Shown here piece by piece: positions 18,280-62,528 of a stretch of 64,000 nucleotides of DNA. Made by a program: the position numbers and the translations under genes. The stretch is from the NCBI GenBank assembly GCA_965112155.1, contig OZ218104.1; one strand, given 5' to 3'. Source of the stretch: Podarcis liolepis. Taxonomy: Eukaryota. Below the pieces are notes generated by a model. The model saw only the letters and a program-made list of their open reading frames with translations. It searched no databases and was not told the origin of the DNA. Every line of letters starts with the position of its first letter. Within the stretch, counting starts at the first letter, position 1.

Positions 18280-19707
18280 CAAAAGCACATAGTCACTGAC
18301 TGGATATAAAGGTGGGCCAAGGGGAGAACCAAGGCATAAACCTTCCTGAAGAGAACATGGTAGACAACAACTGTATCATTCAGCACTGGGATACCTCCTT
18401 CCACATGGAGGCGAAGTGGCAGACAGAAAGCAGCAGCTGACTGATGTCTGGTGATGGACCTGGTGGAAGTTGGCAGGTTTGCTGGGTGGAAGCTGGTGAC
18501 GTATGCATTCAGAAGCCAGTGGATGCTGAAAGGCTGGAGCAGGCTGATGTTTGTGGATGTAAACTGGTTGAGGTGAATGGTGTGTGTCTGGGTGCATTCA
18601 GGGGGTTCTGGAAGCTGCCCTCCTGGCACAGGGTGAATACATGAACCAGTGGATATTCATGGGTGGAAGCCAGTGGAAGTTGGCAGGCTGAAGTGAGGGA
18701 CGAAGTTGCCAGGCAGAAGGCAGTGGAGGTGGCTGGATGATGCTCAGTTGGCTGCCATCCCCCTCAGTATGCCTGTTTGCCTTTCAGGGTTGTCTGAAAC
18801 TGGCAAGGTTTACTCTGAAACCAGCCATGGAAGTAATGAAGAGAACTGCAGGCTTTGCAAGTCCCCTTCTATTTCTGAAGAAATGTGCTCGTTACACAGG
18901 AAACCCAACATACCACTTTTATAGTGCGCAAGTCCTGCTTACTGGTGTCCCATTGGCATCTGGTTAGCCACTCAGAATACAGAATTCTGGACAAAATCCA
19001 GCATGCTGTTCTAATGTCCTTAGAATTGTAACCCCAATTGCATTGTGACAAACTTAATAAAAGTTCTGCAGGATCTGATAAATCAGAGTTCAATACCTTG
19101 CTCCCCAGTGGCCAGGCACTATGAGCACTGCCTTAACTGTGGCCAATAAGATTTTCCGTTGGGCCAAATCTAGGAGATTCTCCCCTATTGCCACTAAAAG
19201 GAAGACTGCAGTGAACTGTACATGCTGAAAATGGCACATATTAATGTCACAGATAGCATCTACAGTAACCTGAGCCTACAGTAGCCTGAACTGATGCACA
19301 CATATCTAAAGTCTTACTGAGCTTAAAAGGGCTTACAAGCAATAGTGCATGCATAACACTGTAGCCCAAATAACACTGTGACACACTTAAGAAAAGCTCT
19401 GTATGATCTGATAAAGATAGTTCAGCGTCCTGCTCCCCAACAGCCAGGCACTATTGAGCCCTGGCATAGCTTGGCCAATGAGAATTTTTTATCGCATCAG
19501 GTATAGGAGACTCCCCACTAGCGGCATTTTAAGCAAGGGAACACAGTGCACTTCACTGAACAGACTACAGTGAGTTGCATATACTGAAAATGGCATGTAT
19601 TAATGTCATAGATTGTATCTGCAGTAATAAAACAGTTTAAATGATGACTCATGCCCATTGAGAATGACGATAAATGACTAGTGAGTGGTATTTGAGTTCT
19701 GTAAGAC

Positions 19708-19767
19708 TTTATTTCATTTTTTAATAGATGGCAAAGGTACAAGCAGCTGAGATGATAGAGATTTATT
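19708..19767 (-). terminator. Candidate SPG7 polyadenylation signals (two AATAAA)
   Basis: AATAAA on the minus strand at 19767-19762 and 19713-19708, ~1.8 kb after the stop; not verified. Confidence 0.4.
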
Positions 19768-21545
19768 ACAGTTTATGCTAGGTCATGGTTTATAAATACA
19801 TTGAGCAGGAACTCTTCGAAAGATAAGAAAAGTGGGAAAATCTAGGTGGGGAACACTTGTGACTCTCTCACCATCCCTCCCCCAGTGACAACTTCATCAA
19901 TTGAACAATTTTCAAATTTCATTTTCTTGAGAAATACCCAACTGGAAAGACATACCAACCATTTCAGATGCCAAGACCCAGCACAGTTAAATTTAACGTA
20001 ACTTTCTTGCTCCAAAATTTCTTTCAATATGATGCCACTATAGATGGAGGTTTTTAAGCAGATGCGAGATGACCATCTGTCATGTATGATTTAGCTAACA
20101 TTCCTGCATTGCAGGGGGCTGGACTAGATGGCCCTTGGGATCCCTTTCACCTCTGCAATTCCATGAGCCAAAGCATTAACCACCCTTGTGCTAAAGCTTA
20201 GCTACTGCCAGTGAGTCTGGCGAGTCTGGCTCCCTCTTGGAGGGAAATGGGCTAAATTACTGCCTCTGTGATTCAGAAACTTGGCATATTGCCCCACAGA
20301 TATACAGCAATTTGGTACAAATTTGTCAATAGACCACTAGGTGGTACACACAGATCACCAATGACTTTTCTTTCAAGGCCCACTGGGGGAGATGGAGAAA
20401 GGGACTGTTTACAGACCAGTGCTGAAATGCTTGGTTTTCTTTTATGTCATAGTGCAATATCACATGTTGAAATACATATTCAGGAGGATCATATCTCCAG
20501 GGATTTTGATAGCCGCAGTTCTAAATAGCAAACTCTCTTCACGTTGAGGCAATTCAGAGTGCAAATGTGTGCACGCTCATCCCATCTATGCACGAGGGTA
20601 GTCTCAGAAAAGAGGCAGTTTTGAGAACTGCCAATTAAATATTGGCACGAGTGGAGGAAAATCTGGACAAGGGTTGTATAAGGATACAGACAATAGTCCT
20701 CATGGAAATAATCTATGGAGTGTGTTTGAAAATGCAGCTAGCCCTTTTCTCTCTCCACTCCACCTCCCTTAAGCTGTTATTGTACAGCAGGAAATTGTCT
20801 ATCCCTCCCCCCACCCAACTCCTGTTACAAGCTGCTTTAGAGACACATTCAGTCTAAAGGCCTGTGTGTAAGAACCACAAGCTACTAGCCAGCCAGAGTA
20901 CTTTCTGAAAGGCTTGAGGATTCTCTCTCCCTTCCAAGTCACTCCAGGGAGCCCCACCAGCATTCAGAGGTTGTGCCTGCCCCTATCTTTGTGGCCAGAG
21001 TTACATAGGTCAAAGGACCTATATCATGGTGACATAGGTCAAAGGAAATCTACATCTCCATTGTCCATATCAGACTTTCTACACCTCAAGAGACATGTGT
21101 AAAAATCAGGGAAATATTTGTGTTGTTGGTTCTGGGGAGAAGCATTAAACTCTGGATGCTAGTGATGCAGCTATTGCTGTCATGTCAAAAGAGGGTTGCA
21201 GTGTGTGGCACCAGAAAAAAGAAGAAGATGAAGCAGAGCACAGCAGCTGCTTTTGTGGGAGGACTGGGACACAATGGCTGGTTCTGCCCAGACTGACCAC
21301 ACACATTCCCATAACTGTAACCTGGTGACCCAGAGGCACTGGGACCCTTCCCAGTGAGCCTTGATGAGCCCATGCACATACATCAACCACAGCTTGATCA
21401 TTTTTAGAGCAGGGGAAGCTGGACCCTGCTCGCAGCCCATCTCAAAATACGAGCAGAGCAGCCTATACACAGGCATGAAATAACTCTCTTTGCGCCTCTA
21501 GTTCAGAAAGGAAGCTGCTCAGTCCCTTCTCTCACTTGGCCGTTT

Positions 21546-53175
<31,630 letters not shown>

Positions 53176-54446
53176 GGTCCAGGCACCGAGCTGTTCAGCT
53201 CCCCAGTGCGGACGGTGAGATCCAGGCGGGGGCCTGGCGAGAAAGCCGAGCGGAGGCTGGAAAGGAGGCGGCTTCCGCCATCTTAAAAGCTGGCAGCCGC
53301 TCAGCGTAGCCCGCTCTCAAGATGGCCGCGCCTGGCTGTTCTCACCGAATGGGAAATTCGGCTGGAGGGAAACGCGGGGCCCAGACTTCGCCCACGCTCG
53401 GCCCAGAAATATACACTCTTTTAAGTGCGGCCGCCTCCCCTCAGACACACTTTTCAAAACTTGCATTTCTTCTTTTTGACCCGGGGGCGGGGGAGAGAGG
53501 AGCTAGGGAGATATCTGGACATCGCTGTTTCGCTCGTCATTATTACTGTTTTTTAGGACTTAACATTAAATTCCAGTCATCTGAGGATGGGAATAAAACT
53601 CGTACATTATTTCTGCAAGCTGTTCCCCTACTGCATCTTTGACAGTTTAGGACTCTGTAACGCTTTCAGCTCAATAAGCGTGAAGTTGTTTTTCAGCTAT
53701 ATTTGTGAAAGGAAGGTGGTTTCAGCTGCCTATTTGTGGAACTAGGATAGCAGCAGCATTTCCCCAGTGACTTGAACTTGACACCACACTGATGAAATAT
53801 ACACAAACCGATTAAGCTGCTGTACTTGGATTTAAATAGATTTCTGACTACACACTATATCCTTCTATATCACCGCCTTTTAGAAATTTGCTGCTGCACA
53901 CATTACAGATAGGTATGTGAAGGTGAGTAACTACTCCATCAGCCAGGCACTGCTTTCTAATCCTGAAACTAGGCTGAAAGCTAGCTTTCTAGAGGCCATG
54001 GTTTGTACATTCAGATCAAAAGTGTGTGGCCAAGCAGAGAACCAGATTTCAAAACCTTGCTTTATTTTCTTGGACACAATAACTGCTATTCACAAGCTTT
54101 GCTTTAATGATGCATCATATTTACTTTGTCATCATAATTACATTGACATGCATGTATAGTTTTATGCAGACACTGTCAGAAGTTTAAAAGTGCACAACAG
54201 ATAATGGATCATAAAGTATGAAGAAAATGAAAAATTATAATAGTTTTAGAAAAACAAACAACACTAAGAGAGTACATTGGTGGTTTTTTAAATACAGGAA
54301 GTGGGAAGGTTCAGCATCACAGAACACATATATTAATTCTGGTTCCCACACTGGGCGTAGTATGTTTTAAATTTGCATGTAGGGCACATGTGGGCTATTA
54401 AAGGGGTGGTAGCTTCATTCAGAGGCTCCTATTGAACCTGCACACA

Positions 54447-54473
54447 ACACACACACACACACACACACACACA
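54447..54473. repeat. (CA)n microsatellite
   Basis: CA run. Confidence 0.9.
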
Positions 54474-55579
54474 CTCGATCCCTCCAGGGCCCCCAAAACA
54501 AATGAGGAAAAAGCAAGGGATTAAATTTGCTATTTTTTATTTATAAAAAAGCTGGGTAAGCAGGAGACATTTCTTAAGAGTTGAGCGACGGAACAAGGCT
54601 GTTGATAGAGTTATAAGATCACTGATGTCACCTTCAAGTTAATGGTATGCTTCCGTGTACAAATTTAAAACCATTAAATTTGCTTGAAGAACAGGTCTGC
54701 AGTGCTGTGAGGCTTTCACAATTTCACTGGCAGAAAGCTGTCAGACTCTTCTTCCCTAAACAAGTTATTTTCTGTAGGGATAACATAGCAACAATCACTC
54801 CCAAACAACAATAGTGTTGCAAAACTCTCACTTCTCCCACTGAAGTATCTCAGTGACCATATTTGTCACAGACACACCCAGGATGTTAACTGGCTTCCTC
54901 TGGGATGTGTCTGGGTAAACTTTCAAATCAAACTAGGAGTCTGTTACTAAATAACCTTTTTGTATCATATTAGAAGTCAGTATTACTGGCTTAACTGACC
55001 AACAGCTTCATTAATAGACATGAAATTCAAGTGGCTACAATTAAACTCTGGTAGCCAGACAAAATCTGCATCCCTACATTGGGATGTGATTTGCTGAAAT
55101 GTGAGACATTAAATATGGGAGCACAATAGAACCATTAAGTTGGGGAACAGAATGGATGTGCATTGGGTGGGGACAAGGGGAGGTGAGTGTTGCCTCACAT
55201 GTTAAGAGTTATGGAAAATATAGTGTATTTTGCATTCACACTTTTTTTTCATAAGTAAATTTTACTGGTTTTGCTGGAGGTTATTTTCAAGTGAGCATCC
55301 TTAATATTACAGGATTATTTTAGTTTCCATGTTATGCTTTAGTTATAACTGGTATGACAGAAGTGCCTTTTCATTGACGAATGCTAGGGGTGCAACAGTG
55401 GGGGTCGATGGCAAGTTACTTGACTGGAGGTGAGTTGAAAAATATGACTCTTCTGCCTCCACCACAAATATATAGTACTAGAAGGTATGAAGTTCAACAG
55501 ACAAATACTTTTTTGCATACACAACACATCTATCTAGAGAAACAGGATTTTTTTTTAATAATAATTTTGTTAGTCAACA

Positions 55580-55929
55580 AGTGGTCTAAACCACTGAGCT
55601 TCTTGGGCTTGCCGATTAGAAGGTCGGTGGTTTGAACCCCCACGATGGGGTGAGCTCCCATTGCTCGGTCCCAGCTCCTGCCAACTTAGCAGTTCAAAAG
55701 CACGTCAAAGTTCAAGTAGATAAATAGGTATCGCTCTGGCGGGAAGGTAAACGGCATTTCCGTGCACTGCTCTGGTTTCACCAGAAGCGGCTTAGTCATG
55801 CTGGCCACATGACCCGGAAAAACTGTCTGCGGACAAATGTCGTCTCCCTTGGCCAGTAAAACAAGATGAACGCCACAACCCCAGAGTCATTTGCTACTGG
55901 ACTTTATTGTCAGGGGCCCTTTACCTTTA
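55580..55929 (+). mobile_element. Sauria SINE
   Basis: Reverse complement of the 4674-5025 family; ends CCTTTACCTTTA. Confidence 0.85.
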
Positions 55930-57392
55930 ATGAACTGCAGTATTCACAATCACAACACTTTTTGTGTGTGGTGCTTAAATCAAGTTTTGGATGTCCAGGT
56001 AGCCCCAAATAACATTGAGCATTGGCATATGTGAAGCATTATAAAGCAATTGAGATAAAACCCTAAGCAAAACAGGGCACAATTATCCCAGGTTCCTCAT
56101 AATGCCTTCTACCTTGTCCTGACTTAGGCCTCTAACATCTCATGAGTACTATCTGTTTTGGCTCCAAAACAAAGCTTAATAGCAACGGTTCCAAATTAAT
56201 ATAGCTGGAAATGTACTACATGGATTACATAATTGCAAGCATTAGCATCCACTATTTGAACATGTGAAATGCAACCTTGAAAAAAGGTGACTTAATTCAA
56301 TGCCATTTGAATAGTAATAAGGTTTCTTTTGGGAACATATCCAGTATTCAGATAACACAGATATAGCCTGATCCAGGCTGGCATTACCGGGATATTCTCC
56401 AACTATGACATCATTGGAAGATATTGGTGGGGAAAGGGCACTGTTTTGAAATGATTTTACTGCTGCTGGACGGAGTTGGTCATGATAATAATTTAACTGC
56501 AACAGTTGTGTGAACCATTTCACAGGTGAAGCTATAAATATAAGCCATATTGTAAATATAAGAGAATACAGATTGATTATTAAAGTTAAATTCTAAAGAT
56601 TTGTCTTCTTATGGGGCCACTTTAATCTACTTATATTTTATGACAGAGGCACTATGGACAGTTAATGGGCTTCAAATCTGAAGCAGATCATTAAGAGTGA
56701 GGCAGATGCCAGTTTCTACAGCTGTCCCTAAATATGCTTTTTTTTCCTTTGTAAAAGGTACACATTGTATAGGATGAGATGCAACCAGGCAAAAAGGAAG
56801 CTACCGTTTAACAATAAAAGTAACCCTTACTCATGCCAGTGCCTGAACTTCATGTTTAATTCCATGGCACTGCCACTCATGCAATGTAAGGGTCTCAGAG
56901 ATTATAGACAGCAGACAAGTCAAAATAAGCACTTGTAAGTCTGCTGCACCCAAACCAACCAAGGTACATAATTTGGTGGCATAAGAATAGCGATTGAAAT
57001 AGGAGACCATCACACGATCAATGCCTCCTGCTTAGAAAATAGACACCAAGATGCTTACCTAGCCACAGGAGCCTGTTTGCCTCTATCAATAACACAGTCA
57101 ACTACATTGTGCTTTACGTTGTGCAACTAGAGCTACAAGTGAGGAAGGTTGCAATCTTATACAATTACCTGTGAGCAAGTTCCATTGAACTCAACAGATC
57201 TTACTACTGAGGAGACCTGTATATTATTACAGTGTAACAGATGGACAATTAAAAGCAGAAGGGGGAACCCACTTCCCCACAGAATCCTATTCACGAACTC
57301 TCAGCCAGGTTCACTATCAATATACACTAGTTAGTAAATAAACTAAAGTCAGTTTGGCAGAACTTAATTCCCATACATTAATACTCCTCTGT

Positions 57393-57440
57393 GCTCTGGT
57401 CCATGGGGTCACAAAGAGTCGGACACGACTAAACAACAAT
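57393..57440 (+). mobile_element. BovB/RTE 3' tail fragment
   Basis: CTGGTCCATGGGGTCACAAAGAGTCGGACACGACTAAACAACAA. Confidence 0.7.
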
Positions 57441-57625
57441 GAGTCACACAGTGAATGAATCTGTGACATCAGAGTAAAGTGACTTATTTAAATAACAAGA
57501 TGACTTCCAGTTAAAATTTTAATAAAAGCCTTTTGTGCTGACAGCAACTAAAGAAGATTTAACAGAAAACTATTTTTTAAAGTTTACAATATTTATTTAG
57601 CAATAAGTCCAAACTAAACCAACAT

Positions 57626-57950
57626 GGACACAGGTGGCGCTGTGGTCTAAACCACTGAGCCTAGGGCTTGCTGATCAGAAGGTTGGTGGTTCAAATCCCT
57701 GCGACGGGGTGAGCTCCCTTTGTTTGGTCCAAGCTCCTGCCCACCTAGCAGTTTGAAAGCATGTAAAAGTGCAAGTAGATAAATAGGTACCACGCCAGCG
57801 GGAAGGTAAACCGCGTTTCCGTGCGCTGCTCTGCTTCGCTGTCTGCGAACAAATGCCGGCTCCCTCGGCCTATAAAGCAAGATGAGCACCACAACCCCAG
57901 AGTCGTCTGTGACTGGACCTAACAGTCAGGGGTACCTTTACCTTTACCTT
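57626..57950 (+). mobile_element. Sauria SINE with 11-bp TSD
   Basis: Head GGACACAGGTGGCGCTGTGG, tail (ACCTTT)n, TSD TAAACCAACAT at 57615-57625 and 57951-57961. Confidence 0.9.
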
Positions 57951-58536
57951 TAAACCAACATAATTTATTTCCAAGTAAAAATGGATAGGATTGGGCTGCA
58001 TGTCATCTGTTGTAAAGGTGTTAGATAGTCTGCCTCTAAAGAATGCCAGGTCTACTCTGTTTTCTCTCATGTTTTATAAATATCTCACATTGCTATAAAG
58101 AAGGCAAAGTTTTAAGCAGAAAGCTGCTTTATCTTAGGACATCAGTTCATTGTGAAAAAAAATCCATATCCAGGCACTTCTCTTGTTCATTCCCTCTCCC
58201 ATATGCAGCTACCTACTTTTAAAACCGAGTTGGTAACAAAACTCACACTACAATGTTAAATTAGCACAATAAAGCTAGGAAGATTGTAGTATCATTTATT
58301 ATTTCTGCTAGGAATGTTTAGCATCTTAAATACATGTAAGCTTTACATAAAATTATCAGACTACTGCATTTCACAACCATTTGGCCTCACTGTTTACATT
58401 TTGTATTATCTACTGATAATCTATGTAGATTGGTTAACTGGAGGTAGCACTTAATGCATGGGATGAAGCGGGTTAGGGTTGCAAGTAAGGCTCATTGAAT
58501 TAAATAGTACTTCTAAGTGGGGTGTTAGGGGAGGGG

Positions 58537-59135
58537 TAGTACTTTTGCAGGGGGACATGTCTTGTTTCCTCTGGAGTAGTTTGTCAACCTTGCACTCAGC
58601 TGACACCTATGGCTCCTAGAAACTGTCAGCATAAAACAGCGGCCACACCCCAGGAAATGGCTTAATAGAAAATATAAATACTTTATTGTCACTGTACCAC
58701 ATGTTTACAGTGAGATTACATGAGCCCCCCCCCCCCAACTCTCAGTCCTTGTTACATTCTGGCTACCTAAACTTTGTGTGGGTAGCCAATGAGTCTCAAA
58801 CCCTCAGTCTTTCAGGATATATTTGGGAGAATAAAAGGCTAAAGATTAAACCTACACAATTCCGGAGTAGAGTCCCAAAAACAGTTGGATGGCTCCTTGT
58901 ACACTTCTGGCAACTCATGCAGCCAAACTAGTACCAAACGTATTGCTCTGCTTTCCTTTGGACCACATCGGCGAGGCTGAAATGGGGGTTTTGTCTTCTG
59001 GGCAGCCCAGGACCTCTATACACACTGCCCAGGCTTGCACCCTGAATAAGTCACTTTGGTGCTGCTAACGAAGTGGGTTGATTTCACACCCGGAGGCACA
59101 CTCCATTGTCTCTTGAGACAGACAGATGCCAACAA
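58537..59135 (+). mobile_element. Interspersed repeat, same family as 8500-9145
   Basis: Colinear shared blocks, ending GAGACAGACAGATGCCAAC. Confidence 0.6.
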
Positions 59136-60969
59136 CTTCTGAGTAGACTTAGCTAACCAGATTTTAAGTCTGCATAGTTTTCACCACAATAAATCTGTTT
59201 ACCTTAAAGATGCCTCAAGACTCTTTCATATAGTCATGAATTCCACATGCACTCATCCTTGAACAAGAAAGATCCACCCTCGTGAGGATTTAATTTTAAC
59301 TTATAGGAACCTTTAAATTCTTCCACAGAGTATAAAATCAAGAACTGCTAGATGGCCTTCTTTAATAAAAGGTCTCTGCTGCCTCATGGGAGGCTTAAAG
59401 TTTCACTCTATTTATTGCAAGATCTCTGACCCAGAAGAAACATTAATGCTTCTTCAGAAGAATTATTACTGCCAAATATATTTAGTGAGGAAAAAAAAGA
59501 AAAAAAGAGAAGCTGCCTATTAAGACGTGGCAATAAAAAAAAATAATATAACTTGCATCTAGGGGTTGGCCAGGTTTGCACCTGCCAAGCCAAGGGCACA
59601 GGTCCTGTAGGGGTGCAAAAACCATATCCCTCCACTCAGGCATGATGTGGCTAGAGCCCACCAGTCCTTCTGCACATTTTGCGGACCATTCCTCCACTGC
59701 TCTGGGCTGCCAGGCAAGGTGCACAAGCTTCTCTGGGTGCCTTGGAGGAATCCAGTTGCTGGTGTGGGGGGACGAGGGGGCACCAATACAGGGCACAAGG
59801 GAGCCTAGGTATGCCTCTGCTTGCATACAACATTGCAGAGACTAACAATGCGACTCTTTGGGAATAATGTGTCATTTTTCCTTTGAGAGTTTGTATGATA
59901 TGGCATCTAGAGAGAGAAACATAGGGACAAAAATCATAGCAGGGAAAGCCAAAGAAAGCTTAATAGTGAAGTTAAGGTATTTCCATTACTCTAGTGTCCC
60001 ATAGTAGGTCACCTGTGAGGGGAAAAGGGGTCTCATTTCCTCTACCAGTAGCAATATACAAGTTTGTCAAAAGAAGTCAGACTTGACCATTTTCTTCTCT
60101 TACTACCAAGGGTTGAAAATTTTAGTCAAAGCAAGTAAGTGACATGCTATTTCTCTATCACTGCTTTTATTAGCTTAATTCAAACCTGAAATGCAGTGTG
60201 GGCAAGCCTGGAAGTGCTAGTTACTCTCCCCCCCTCCCCTCATTCATGCTGTAGCAGCAGCTGGGGGGGGGGAGCTATTCCTTGCTATTGCTTAGATTTC
60301 TGAAAAGTTTCCAATGACTCAATGGTGTACAAACACAGCCCTCCCCAATGTCACAAGCTAAATAAGACAAAAAGTAGCCAGCAATCAGAATCAGTCAGAT
60401 GAAACACTAGTAGCTTTAGTTTAGCTTTTTACTGTTTAGATTCTACACTGTTAGTAGCAATACAATCCTGCTTAACAATTGCTTTTTGTGAGCATCTTAA
60501 AGGTTACAATTAAAGGCAGCAATACATTGTTATACTATGTATTGTTTTGTGCTGTATTATCTGTTTTATTGAATTTGTATGTAGCCATTTTACTGCATTT
60601 TTTAAAACAAAGAAACAAACAAGGTTACAATTCCATGCATGTTTAGGTGGCAGTAAACCCCACTGAACTCAAATGGCATTTACTCCTAAGCAAGCATGCA
60701 TAGACTGGACCAAAAGAGATTTAGCTACAATAGTGTTGGACTTTACTTTGGGTGGATGAGAAGGGAAAGCAAGACAGAACATCCTATAGATTGTTTTCAG
60801 TACTGTCAAAATATCTTTGATTTTGAGGGTTTGGGGAAATGATGAAGCCACCCCACCGAGCCCACGCAGATTTATTCGCAACCTAGCAGAGACACAGCAA
60901 CGCAGACGACAGCTATATTTAAATGAGAAGAGAAAAGATGAGAAGAAAGGAAAGGGAGGCCTTGATTAG

Positions 60970-62050
60970 CTCGGAGAAAAGGCTTTCGCCCGGACTAGGC
61001 CCGACTTCTAGCGATTAGGCCCTGAATGGGTTACCCATAGCAACCGCAGCTCAGAAGAAGTAGGGAGGGGGAGGGGAAAGAATTTTCAAACACGTGACGT
61101 CCATCACGCGCTTGTCATCAACGACGCGCTAATCCGTTTGCCCAATCCCAAGATTTGCTTTCCCCCCTCCCATCGGGTCCCTCCTCCTTGCGCCCGCGCG
61201 CTCCGAGGAAAAGCAACGTTCCTTTAATCCCGTCGCACGCGCGCTCGCGTCACTCCGGTGTCTGCGGCTGCTCCTCCTCCCTGCTCACCCCTCCTCCCCC
61301 TCTTACGTCCCACCCTATATCGTTGCTGTGCCGGCAGCCAATGAGACGGAGTGTCTCATTGGGCCAATGGGGAAGCTCAGCTCTGGTGGCGAGAGCAACA
61401 GCGGCGGTGGCCGTGAAGGCTGGGGCTGTGTGTGTGGGAAGGGAGGAAACGGCGCTGGCTGGGCGAGAGAGCGAGCGAACGAGGCAGGCACCGCGGCGGA
61501 CGAGGAAGGCACCGCTGGCGAATCGGCGCTCGGGACAGCGAGAGCCGCCGGGAAGGCGGGTGGGCCATGGAGCGGGCGAGCCGGAGGAGGCGACGCCGGC
61601 ACTCGTAAAGGCCCGCTGCCCCCTGGGCGAGCGAAGGAGCGAGCGAGGCAGGCGGGCGGCCGGGCGAGAGGCCTCACGCACTCGCCCTCACGGGCCTCGG
61701 GCCTCAGCGGCGCACAGGCAAGGGAGAGAGGCGGCGGCGCAGGGAACCACGCGCTCCGGGTAAGGAAGGCTCCGCACCTCAGTGAGGGCTCTCGGCGGGG
61801 GCGAAGGGCCTGCCCGGCTTGGCGGCGCGAAGTCCACGGAGGCCCCGCGCGGGGTAGAAGCGGGTGTTGAAAAGGTGCCGAATGACGGGGGTGCGGGCGG
61901 GGCGAAGGAGTGCTAGGATGGTGCCTGACCCGGGTTTGCGGAGCGACATACGTTGCATGCGTGAGGGGCGCCCTGGAGGGAGCTGCTGCCGCCACCCCCG
62001 AGAAACTGATGAGGCCTACGGTGAAAACGAGGGGGGAAAGGGTAATACTG
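60970..62050. promoter_or_regulatory. CpG island promoter, probably ANKRD11
   Basis: Very CpG-dense. RFX X-box GTTACCCATAGCAAC (61030-61044), E-box/CRE CACGTGACGT (61091-61100) and three CCAAT boxes (61338-61368). Confidence 0.8.
61400..61759 (+). other. ANKRD11: Probable non-coding first exon of ANKRD11 (start approximate)
   Basis: GC-rich leader downstream of the CCAAT boxes, ending at the donor CGG|gtaagg (61759/61760). Identity is inferred only from the conserved head-to-head ANKRD11-SPG7 synteny; no ANKRD11 coding sequence is in the window. Confidence 0.6.
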
Positions 62051-62527
62051 GCCACGTGTGTGTATTTGTGTGTGTCGAGTATGTGGGGGGCGGGGGGAGG
62101 ATTGGAAGGGTAGTTAGTCAAAACGAAGTGGTGGGGTTTTGCGGGGGATTAAAAAGAAAAGAGAGGCCTATCTGTATAGGAAAGGGCGTTGAGATTACAT
62201 TGTAGGGCACGTTGGTACGTTCTCTTCTATTTTGGTGAGAAGGAACATTTTGTTTTATTTCCATAAGCATTTGTGGTAAAAGTGGTGGCCAAAGAGCATT
62301 GGGGTGTGTGGGATTTTAAAGCCCTTCAATCTCATCCTCTGGTAGATGCACAAGTGTCTTCCCACATTTCTAATTGCCTCTTTGGGGGTGCAGGTTCTAA
62401 TCTGTATTAGTGGTTGTAGGTACAGATCTGTTGTACAGGTTGAGGTAACTACAGGACTGTTGTGTGTCACAAAAAGTGGAAGGAAGTGGGCAGAATGTGT
62501 TGGTGTTCATGAAGAAGCTGATGAGCT

Positions 62528-62528
<1 letters not shown>

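Noticed and set aside
19130-19160. U4 snRNA-like GCCAAT.AG.TTT motif in the duplicated unit
   Set aside because: Similarity is too short, and there is no Sm site or rest of U4.
61155-62121. Long ORFs of 143-268 aa on both strands
   Set aside because: Stop-codon depletion in a GC-rich CpG island; low-complexity Arg/Ala/Gly/Pro translations.
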